A model generated the notes under the pieces. The model did not search any database, had not been told where the DNA came from, and saw nothing but the letters and a program-made list of their open reading frames with translations. Shown piece after piece: positions 9,466 to 16,752 of a stretch of DNA of 39,648 nucleotides. Positions within the stretch are counted from its first letter, which is position 1. The number at the start of each line of letters is the position of its first letter. The stretch is from a bacterium (lineage in GTDB: Bacteria > T1Sed10-126 > CAZEBV01). The translations under genes and the position numbers were made by a program. The stretch lies in the NCBI GenBank assembly GCA_042219765.1, contig JBDGPI010000068.1:10164-49811 (forward strand). The letters are read 5' to 3'.

Positions 9466-10395
9466 ATGGAAGTCTTAATCACTGGTATTGTTTTGGCTAT
9501 TACTGGAGCTGTGGCCCTCCTCCTTGGTATCTTTGGGCTTGTTTTCGTGTTTCGTTACGCGCCAACCTGGATCAAGGCCCTGACGTCGGGTGTGACCATC
9601 TGGCCCTGGACGCTGCTTTTTATGGACCTCCGGGGAGTCAGTTCGACGGAGGTTGTCGAAGCGTTAATCCAGGCCACACAGGCGGGGATCGACATAAGCC
9701 GGAACAACCTGGAGGCTCACTACCTGTCCGGTGGAAATATCATTAACTTAACCACCGCCCTTATTGAAGCCGACAAGGCTGACATCGAGCTGAGTTTCGA
9801 ACAGGCCGCGGCTATTGACCTTGCCGGACGGGACGTCTTCGACGCGGTGAAAATCAGCATTAATCCCCGGGTGATTGATTGCCCGAGCCCGAACGTCGAG
9901 AAGGAAACAGTTGAAGCAATCGCTCAGGATGGCATTCAGATCAAAGCGAAAGCTCGCGTTACCGTTCGAGCCAACCTTCAGCGTCTCGTTGGAGGCGCGA
10001 CCGAGGAGACTATTATCTCCCGAGTCGGAGAAGGGATCGTTTCCGCCATTGGAGCTGCCGAAAACCACAACAAAGTACTCGAAAACCCCAACCTGATTAC
10101 CCAGCAGGTGCTTGAGAAGGGACTCGATCAGGGAACGGCCTTTGAAATTCTCTCGATTGACATTGCCGACATTGACGTGGGCGATAACATCGGTTCGCTG
10201 CTTCAGGCCGACCAGGCGGAGGCCGACAAGAAGATTGCCCAGGCCGAGGCCGAGGAACGACGGGCGATGGCCGTCGCCGAGGAACAGGAAATGAAGGCCA
10301 AGGTGAAGGAAAACGAAGCCGAGGTCGTTAAAGCCGAAGCCGACGTCTACAATTCTCTTGCCGATGCCTTCGAACGGGGCAAAGTCAATTCATGA
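9466..10395 (+). CDS. floA: Flotillin-like protein FloA, second tandem paralog lacking the conserved C-terminal tail
   Basis: It has the same family motifs ('[23 protein letters not shown]', '[14 protein letters not shown]', '[15 protein letters not shown]'). It ends at '...AFERGKVNS' without the MDY..KNI.ADT.MR tail. GGAGG lies 8 nt upstream of the ATG. Confidence 0.9.
   Translation: MEVLITGIVLAITGAVALLLGIFGLVFVFRYAPTWIKALTSGVTIWPWTLLFMDLRGVSSTEVVEALIQATQAGIDISRNNLEAHYLSGGNIINLTTALIEADKADIELSFEQAAAIDLAGRDVFDAVKISINPRVIDCPSPNVEKETVEAIAQDGIQIKAKARVTVRANLQRLVGGATEETIISRVGEGIVSAIGAAENHNKVLENPNLITQQVLEKGLDQGTAFEILSIDIADIDVGDNIGSLLQADQAEADKKIAQAEAEERRAMAVAEEQEMKAKVKENEAEVVKAEADVYNSLADAFERGKVNS
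9925..9975 (+). repeat. 51-nt segment identical to 8881-8931 (copy in FloA paralog 2)
   Basis: Same string as 8881-8931. A second near-identical patch (gcccaggccgagg[c/a]... gaggaacgacgggcgatggccg) occurs near 9193 and 10240. Confidence 0.9.
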
Positions 10396-11129
10396 GTTTT
10401 GAAAATTTGATTTTCCTGATTTTTCTTTTCTTCATCGGCCGGTCCGTCTATAGTTCCCTGACCGGAGCGGACGAGGACGAGGAATCGGAGGTTGACGTCT
10501 CCGACGTGATGGACGCCATGGAAGGCTCCCAGCAGGATGGGGAGGAATCACCCTCTCCGGCGGATGACTCCTCGTCCGGGACTGATTCGGTTTCCACGGA
10601 AACGGCCCGGAGTCCTTCCGAACCGGAATCGAACACCGGTAGTTCGGAGGCGGTATCGGATTATCGGACTGCCACCGCAAGCGATGGCGGGGAACCGGAT
10701 CAGGCCTCCGGGGAGTCCACTGAAAAAGCGCATAAATCCTGGGACGAACAGTCCCGGGATCACAAAAGCTGGGACGAGGAAACAAGCGATCACACCTCCT
10801 GGGAGGACGAATCCCGGGATCATAAATCCTGGGATGAGACTGAGACGGACCACGAGTCCTGGCAGGAGGAACCAAGGGGAGAAGCACTAGAGGAAGCAAA
10901 AACCGACCAGCCCATCGAGCCCCAACAAGACCCGGAAAGTCCCGTGGAGGACCCCTCCAAATTTCCTGAAGCTGAGCAACCGGATAGGGAGGACGAATCC
11001 GAGGAAGAATCCTCCGGGGACCAGAAACAAGCAACGCAGTCCGAAAAATCCGTCGGGGCCAGGAACCTGAGGGACGCGGTTGTCTGGCGCGAGATTCTTG
11101 AACGTCCCAAGTCACTCCGTGACGAATGA
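10392..11129 (+). CDS. Acidic, low-complexity single-pass membrane protein with five His/Ser-Trp/acidic decapeptide repeats
   Basis: An ATGA overlap links it to floA-2. The N-terminal TM is '[11 protein letters not shown]', followed by a Ser/Asp/Glu-rich region containing [50 protein letters not shown]. No family was recognised. Confidence 0.7.
   Translation: MSFENLIFLIFLFFIGRSVYSSLTGADEDEESEVDVSDVMDAMEGSQQDGEESPSPADDSSSGTDSVSTETARSPSEPESNTGSSEAVSDYRTATASDGGEPDQASGESTEKAHKSWDEQSRDHKSWDEETSDHTSWEDESRDHKSWDETETDHESWQEEPRGEALEEAKTDQPIEPQQDPESPVEDPSKFPEAEQPDREDESEEESSGDQKQATQSEKSVGARNLRDAVVWREILERPKSLRDE
10731..10880 (+). repeat. Five imperfect 30-nt tandem repeats (in-frame, coding)
   Basis: Units sit at 10731-10760, 10761-10790, 10791-10820, 10821-10850 and 10851-10880. 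Each begins ca[t/c]..., contains tcctgg/gctgg, and encodes H-x-S-W-(D/E/Q)-(D/E). Confidence 0.85.
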
Positions 11130-11161
11130 CTGCAAGACCAGAGGTTTATTGAGGTCCTAAT

Positions 11162-11923
11162 TTGGAGGGATCCCGGTCCTCTAAGTCGTCCGGCTGGCTG
11201 ACAATTATGGTTGGAACCGCTTTCCTGGTCGCCGTAGTAGCGGCCAGCCTGGGGAGCTTGTATTTACTGTACTTTCGGTTCCAACCGGTGAACCAGGCTT
11301 CGGAAGAGAAGTCCTCCGGCAGAGAGGCCCTCCGTAAATTTCAGACCAAGCCATCCCGGCTTACACGGAATGATAAGACCAATCTGATTCAGAATGGTTC
11401 CTTCAACAGGAACTTTTCGGACTGGAAAAGGGTCTTTCAAGTTGATGACGACGACCGTTGGACGGTTAATCTGAGTACATCGCGCCGTCAGGATACTTTC
11501 GTAAATTATTCTCTCTCCAGGACAAACAGTGACGGAGCCCACCTCTGGCTCCGGCAGGCTCTCGATCATGCTACTCAATCGGACACGAATCTACGACTCA
11601 CCCTTGATTTGCGGCTTCCGGTGGAATCCTACAATCGAACCCGCCGGGCCCGCGAATTTCCGGTGTTTGTAAGTATTAAATACCGAACCCCCTCTGGTGA
11701 GACAGCTAAATGGAGGCGTGGGTTTTATAACATAAGCCCACCGGAGGCCGAATCCTACGCACGCAGAGTCAAGCAGGGAAAATGGTACCGATTCAGGTCC
11801 AAAAATCTCCTTGGAATTACGCCTCATCCCGCCAAATTACTTGCCGTAAAGTTCGGTGCTCAGGGCTGGGTTGTTCACGGTCAGGTCGACAACCTTGCGT
11901 TACTGAACGCTTCCAGTTCATAG
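11162..11923 (+). CDS. Membrane-anchored hypothetical protein, paralog A (putative CBM-like beta-sandwich ectodomain)
   Basis: The N-terminal TM is 'IMVGTAFLVAVVAASLGSLYLLYF'. 'NGSFNRNFSDW' resembles the opening strand of CBM4/9-type modules. It is clearly homologous to the next gene. The start is uncertain (TTG 11162 vs ATG 11207). Confidence 0.7.
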   Translation: MEGSRSSKSSGWLTIMVGTAFLVAVVAASLGSLYLLYFRFQPVNQASEEKSSGREALRKFQTKPSRLTRNDKTNLIQNGSFNRNFSDWKRVFQVDDDDRWTVNLSTSRRQDTFVNYSLSRTNSDGAHLWLRQALDHATQSDTNLRLTLDLRLPVESYNRTRRAREFPVFVSIKYRTPSGETAKWRRGFYNISPPEAESYARRVKQGKWYRFRSKNLLGITPHPAKLLAVKFGAQGWVVHGQVDNLALLNASSS

Positions 11924-12022
11924 GATTGAAGTAAAGAAATGATTCGGGACTTCAGAAGGTTGAAGTAGGTTTTCTCTGACGTTTTAAGAGTTTTCCGTAG
12001 ATACGATCGTGAGTGTCCATTT

Positions 12023-12793
12023 ATGAGTAATTCAACGGAATCATCCTCCAGCTCGAAATTCACCAGAGGAGTTCTGGGGGGCGTTTTTCTTGTTGCAATG
12101 GTCGTTCTCGGAGTCGGAGGATTTTACGGTCTTTACTCCAGTTACCGGTATTACGTTCAAACCGGGAGGACAGGGACGTCTCGGTCAACCGGGGACGTGA
12201 AGAAGTGGTCGGACGAAACCACCTCGACCGAAACACATTCCAGCGGGGGTTACCTGACCAATGGATCCTTCGACGACGCGTTGGTAGGTTGGACGGAAAA
12301 ACACCAGTCGAATACCGACGATCGCTGGAGCGTGGATGTTAAATCCGTGAAGGCCCGGGACTCCGTCTTCGATTACAGGAGAACTCAGTCCGGTGCGGAC
12401 GGTGGTTCCGTCTGGTTAGTGCAGGATTTAGGACTGGCACTGGAGGACTATAAGCGGGTACGGATCGAACTGGACGTTCGCATTCTTAAGCAAACCCTGA
12501 AACGCGGGAGTTCCTACGGAGAATACCCTGCCATGATTGTCTTAAGGTATCGAACGAAATCCGGTGACCGTGCTAAGTGGCGCTATGGTTTTCTAGTGGA
12601 GGGGGAGTCCAGGGCAGATTTCGCCTACCAGAGGGTTTCCCGCGGAGAATGGTTCCACTTCCGGTCCCCGAACCTGAAGAAGATTGACCCTCCACCGTCG
12701 GAGTTAGTCCGTCTTAAGATCGGCGGGCGAGGGTGGGACTTCCGTGGTCAGTTCGATCATCTTCTCTGGGTGACGAAACCCAACAGAAAGTGA
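12023..12793 (+). CDS. Membrane-anchored hypothetical protein, paralog B
   Basis: It has an N-terminal TM. Motifs shared with paralog A are 'NGSF..W', 'DDRW.V', 'YRT.SG..AKWR.GF', 'G.W..FRS.NL' and 'L...K.G..GW...GQ.D.L'. Confidence 0.75.
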   Translation: MSNSTESSSSSKFTRGVLGGVFLVAMVVLGVGGFYGLYSSYRYYVQTGRTGTSRSTGDVKKWSDETTSTETHSSGGYLTNGSFDDALVGWTEKHQSNTDDRWSVDVKSVKARDSVFDYRRTQSGADGGSVWLVQDLGLALEDYKRVRIELDVRILKQTLKRGSSYGEYPAMIVLRYRTKSGDRAKWRYGFLVEGESRADFAYQRVSRGEWFHFRSPNLKKIDPPPSELVRLKIGGRGWDFRGQFDHLLWVTKPNRK

Positions 12794-12944
12794 TCCAATA
12801 TTTTGGACTAAGCGTCAATCCTTCTCATACATCAAACGTTCCGGGGGCGTTTTGGGCAATCGAAGGTTGTCGGGCGGTTTGAACGGGAGGGAGTGATGTT
12901 AGTCGAAATAAGTCGGGTGAGGGGCTTGTTGAAAGGAAAAAGAA

Positions 12945-12972
12945 AAGCTCCCGCCCGTGAGGGCAGGAGCTT
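12945..12972. terminator. Bidirectional rho-independent terminator shared by the flotillin operon (+) and the csp gene (-)
   Basis: The 12-bp GC-rich stem aagctcccgccc-gtga-gggcaggagctt has one G-U pair. T-rich runs lie on both sides: gattattattttt on the + strand, and ttctttttcc on the - strand. Confidence 0.75.
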
Positions 12973-12983
12973 GATTATTATTT

Positions 12984-13196
12984 TTAAATACCGTTGTCGA
13001 CGGTGGAGACGTTGATGGCGGCAAGGCCTTCGTCGGTTTCCTCGAGTTCAAACTCGACTTCGTCTCCCTCACTGAGGGATTTGAATCCGTCGGATTGAAT
13101 TTCGGAATAGTGGACGAATACGTCGTCTCCGGTTTCTTGTTCAATGAATCCAAAGCCTTTGTCATCATTGAACCACTTAACAGTACCGGATTCCAT
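12984..13196 (-). CDS. Cold-shock protein (CspA family, CSD)
   Basis: '[15 protein letters not shown]' (RNP1) and 'DVFVHYS' (RNP2) are present. AAAGGAGG lies upstream of the ATG. Confidence 0.95.
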   Translation of the reverse strand: MESGTVKWFNDDKGFGFIEQETGDDVFVHYSEIQSDGFKSLSEGDEVEFELEETDEGLAAINVSTVDNGI

Positions 13197-13515
13197 AACA
13201 GGTACCTCCTTTTCGTTAAAACATTACTCCTTGTCGTACAGCAATCACGTTTCGTAAAACACTTGCCACGCCTAAGAAGTTCTTAAACTAATTAAGGCTA
13301 ACACATGGAACCCCGCTTTCGTTAAGACTTCTCCGGGGAGGCCATTTTTGGGTGGAAAAAATCTCAGTTAAGACCCTGACGGACTGCTGGAGTGCGGCAG
13401 TGGAGACGGGAAGGGGTTTATTTCATGAACACGTTTAACCCAGATGAAATACCAGTGCCGTTGGGTCCTTCGTTCTTTAGCGGATACGGTTAAAGCCGTG
13501 GACGGCCCACGACGG

Positions 13516-13767
13516 TTAATCCGATTGGCTCTTGATTGTTTCGAGCAGCTCCTCCTGGTTGGATAGCATAGCGGGCACTTTCTCTAAAATTTCCGAAATC
13601 ACCAGCAGCACCCCGGACAGGAGAAAAATCAGAACACAGATTCCCCCTCGAATTTTATTTAACTGGCCCTCGGAATAGAAAACCAAGGGTGCCACAACGG
13701 TAGCAAAAAGCATAATCCAGCCGGCAACACGAAATAACCAGCTTAAGTACTTATTCAATCGTTCCAT
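13516..13767 (-). CDS. Small two-TM membrane protein, hypothetical
   Basis: It encodes 83 aa with two hydrophobic helices. AGGAGG lies 7 nt upstream of the ATG. Confidence 0.6.
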   Translation of the reverse strand: MERLNKYLSWLFRVAGWIMLFATVVAPLVFYSEGQLNKIRGGICVLIFLLSGVLLVISEILEKVPAMLSNQEELLETIKSQSD

Positions 13768-14070
13768 GGGCTGTCCTCCTATCCTGGAGTCGGAAGGATC
13801 AAGACCGTACGAGTAGTTTAAAAATGTTTGCTCTGAGTACCGATTGACCCTCCAAGTTTAATAAACAATTGAGGTATCTCGAATACAATTTAACGACTTA
13901 GATAATTCGATAGCCTGGAATATTCTCTTTAACAGTGGTGGTGTATTCGGTCGTTGAGCAAATCTTCGGAAGGATGCTGGCGGACAATGATTGAAAACTG
14001 ACATAAAGTAGCGGTTAATTTCACGGACTCGGGCAGTGGGCTTCCATTGTAAATACGCGGTGTCGGAGGT

Positions 14071-14844
14071 TCAGAGCCCACCGGCTTTGTAGGATTTAAA
14101 CCGGGCGACAAGGGTTCCCAGTTTTAGGGGGGCTTTTAATTTAAGGGGGACGTGCCGGTAGTTGCTGGACAGCCACAGGGAGACTCCGCTGGCCTGTCCA
14201 TCCAGCTTGGACAGCATTTCCTGATAATTTTTAGGATCCTTCGGGCGTATTAGCAGACGGTAAGCGGGAAGCTTGGCCCCTTCGATACGAACAACCTCTT
14301 TGTCTTTCACGAGAAACTGGGCCAGGTAATTATCCCCGGTGACATTGACCGGTATCGTCACGCTATCGCCTACTGTGAACGTTTCAGTTCTTAACTTATA
14401 AATGGCGGAGATTCCATCCTGGGTGAACTTCCTTATTTTGAGGTTGCGACGTCCTTCGGCAACAGCAATCTGTTTATCATGGTCGTAGCGAACTTTCTCC
14501 GTATCCGATTCGTCGGCGCGTACCTCGTAAAAATTATAGCCAAGGGAATACAGGTTTTTCCGGTCAAGGTAACTTGTCGCATGATCCCGGATCTTGTAGA
14601 AACTGTTGAGCATACCTGCCGTCTGGACGTCCACGTTTAATTTATAAACCGGTCTGTTGTTGAGTTGCCCGGAGTCAACGGTAATGGTGAAGACGCCCCC
14701 TGGCTCCCCCATGTAGTTCAACTGCAGGACCAGTTCCTCACCCGACTCAAAGGGGAACTTTCCGGTTGTGGCCAGACTGGAGCCAGCGGAAAGTCCCAGG
14801 AGACAAAATACGATCAGTGAAGAAATTAGATAACAACGCTTCAT
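14071..14844 (-). CDS. Secreted hypothetical protein (possibly DUF3108-like)
   Basis: The signal peptide is 'MKRCYLISSLIVFCLLGLSAGSSLA'. The mature part is beta-rich. The DUF3108 resemblance is only an impression. Confidence 0.65.
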   Translation of the reverse strand: MKRCYLISSLIVFCLLGLSAGSSLATTGKFPFESGEELVLQLNYMGEPGGVFTITVDSGQLNNRPVYKLNVDVQTAGMLNSFYKIRDHATSYLDRKNLYSLGYNFYEVRADESDTEKVRYDHDKQIAVAEGRRNLKIRKFTQDGISAIYKLRTETFTVGDSVTIPVNVTGDNYLAQFLVKDKEVVRIEGAKLPAYRLLIRPKDPKNYQEMLSKLDGQASGVSLWLSSNYRHVPLKLKAPLKLGTLVARFKSYKAGGL

Positions 14845-15225
14845 GAGAGAGAACCTATCGTTGATAAGGATTCGTGTTCAATCGAACACCGGCAACACCA
14901 GTGAGAAAGTGTGTGCTATAACGGATTTATTGGCTCTGGATCAGATTTTCCGGTTAATTATAGCTCAAAGGGAGTGACTGATAAGTTTTACTCCGTCGAA
15001 CGAAAGGCCGGGGATCAAGTACCTGAGCTGGCGGTTGGGTTTATTTCAACAGAATGAATCTAAAACCTGGGGACAGCGATCGGTAAATCCCGACTTTGTC
15101 GATAATATGATCTAAGTAGGTGTTCGAAAGAGGTGTTAAAGAAAAGACTCAGTGGACTGCTTTTTGAAATACCTGAAAAACCCCAAGGTATGGGATCGTT
15201 GATATTGCGGAAGTTACAACATTTT

Positions 15226-15250
15226 CGTGTGCATGTGTGTGCGTATGTGT
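15226..15250. repeat. 25-nt perfectly alternating pyrimidine-purine tract (TG/CG/CA/TA steps)
   Basis: cgtgtgcatgtgtgtgcgtatgtgt lies inside the 739-bp AT-rich intergenic region. Confidence 0.8.
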
Positions 15251-15583
15251 TAAGCTTTAGTAGTCTTAGTTTTACTCAAACACAGTTGTGTTTATGGTGT
15301 TATGACGTGATTCAGTTGATGAAATTGTACTTACTGGGTGTTGGCAAAATTAAAATTTGAAAAATTTCTGACCTCCCCTTATGTTGTAACGGTTGAGGAA
15401 ACGATAGAGAGTATTTTCCTTCAAAATTGTTGCTTCGACCACGCTGAAACAGCTCTTCTGTTCTAAATTTTTCTTATTAAACAATCTGGCCGTCTGGCCT
15501 TAGACGATGATTTGGCGATGTGCGTAGGATGACTCTATAGAGTGTGCAACCATTAATTCTTAACCTGGAGGTTAAACTCAATT

Positions 15584-16372
15584 ATGAGTTTTAATCTTAA
15601 ATCAGTTTCATTTTCTCTTGCCATGGTAATTGCCGTAGCCGCATTAACGGTCTTTTCCCTGGCTCAGGTCAACGCCTGGACTGGCGGACATGACGACATG
15701 GCCCGGGATTTAGGTGAAGCCGGTAGCCTCGATTCACAGTACGTCGATAAACTCGACAACCAGGCATTCTGGGCCGACAAGGACGCTGCCGAGGACGGCA
15801 ACGGCACATTCGGCATAAGTGAAGAGAAAAATCCGTGGCAGGACAAATACCTTCTGCCCTTCTGCTGCACACGAGCTAACTGGGACCACTGGTACGAAGT
15901 CGGCACCGGTGCCGGTTTAGCTCCCAAGAATACCAAGCGCTTCATTGGTTGGGCAGCACAGTGGTACATCAACAACGGTTACACCGGTTACGGATTCAAG
16001 ATTCTCGGTCGAGGCCTTCACTATCCTCAGGACATGTCGATGCCTTACCACACGACTGCTGTGTCCAACCTCGAGAATTTCGGTGACAACCACGGTAAGT
16101 ACGAGAATTGGCATGCTGACAACTACGACGACGAGTGGTTCGGCTCTTACGTCCAATGGGGTGCGCAGTACGGAGACTACAGCATCAGCAGTGACGACGG
16201 CATTGCCGATCAGACCCGTCAGCTAGCCAAGGAGACTTCCGAACGAGTAAGCGAAGTCAACAGTGGCCAGTGGGATGAAAACGTCCACGAGACTCGATGG
16301 GCCATGTACGACTTCGGCGAACGCGCAGCAGCTATCGTTGAGTACGCTGCTCCGGGTCACGCAAACTTTTAA
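15584..16372 (+). CDS. Secreted zinc-dependent phospholipase C / P1-nuclease superfamily protein
   Basis: The signal peptide ends 'AQVNA', so the mature N-terminus is Trp ('WTGGH'). 'HYPQDMSMPYH....(14)..HGKYE' reproduces the H-x3-D-x5-H-x13-H-x3-E spacing of the B. cereus PC-PLC zinc ligands H118/D122/H128/H142/E146. Confidence 0.75.
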   Translation: MSFNLKSVSFSLAMVIAVAALTVFSLAQVNAWTGGHDDMARDLGEAGSLDSQYVDKLDNQAFWADKDAAEDGNGTFGISEEKNPWQDKYLLPFCCTRANWDHWYEVGTGAGLAPKNTKRFIGWAAQWYINNGYTGYGFKILGRGLHYPQDMSMPYHTTAVSNLENFGDNHGKYENWHADNYDDEWFGSYVQWGAQYGDYSISSDDGIADQTRQLAKETSERVSEVNSGQWDENVHETRWAMYDFGERAAAIVEYAAPGHANF

Positions 16373-16479
16373 GTTCGCAAGGACTGACGTAAAAACATTA
16401 TCAGGTTCAGTTAGATCCTGATAACGGAGTAACATCACCTTCGAGGTTCGCTAAGAACCGAATTCATACTTTCGGCCGG

Positions 16480-16537
16480 CCAGAAAGCCTGAGGTCCAAT
16501 TCTCCCCGCTGATCTCAGGCTTTCTGGCATTTTTCTT
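16480..16537 (+). terminator. Rho-independent terminator after the PLC-like gene
   Basis: A perfect 14-bp stem, ccagaaagcctgag / ctcaggctttctgg, has a 20-nt loop and is followed by catttttcttct. Confidence 0.7.
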
Positions 16538-16752
16538 CTCCCCACTTTCTGGTCCCTATTCTGCCTTTAGCATTTAAACTCCGTCCTATTATTCTTCTTA
16601 CCAATGAGTTCCTGTTCTGGTCGACGGAATCTTTGAGCCGCTCTAAATGACCTGGCAATCCGTCTGACGTGCTTTGCTTGATTAATTCCCAGTAAACTTT
16701 TAATTTGGGTTATCGATAGACAGGAACTGCCAGAACCTCAACACAATACCGG

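Noticed and set aside
10731-10880. Five ~30-nt direct repeats that could superficially suggest a CRISPR-like array.
   Set aside because: The units are contiguous with no spacers, imperfect, in frame, and encode a regular decapeptide inside an ORF. No cas genes or leader are present.
10432-11115. Long antisense and alternative-frame ORFs (227 aa, 117 aa, 101 aa, 96 aa, 62 aa) overlapping the acidic repeat-protein gene.
   Set aside because: They are Pro/Arg/Gly-rich translations produced by the GA/GG-rich acidic coding strand. They have no ribosome-binding sites. The sense frame is translationally coupled to floA-2 and has a TM helix and regular repeats.
12899-13168. An 89-aa minus-strand ORF overlapping the cold-shock gene and its terminator.
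   Set aside because: It is an alternative frame on the same strand as a textbook CspA-family ORF and runs through the terminator hairpin. The sequence is Ser/Thr/Pro-rich low complexity.
15133-15360. A 75-aa plus-strand ORF in the AT-rich intergenic region.
   Set aside because: It has no Shine-Dalgarno. Its Cys/Leu-rich composition is driven by the TG-alternating tract. No family resemblance was seen.
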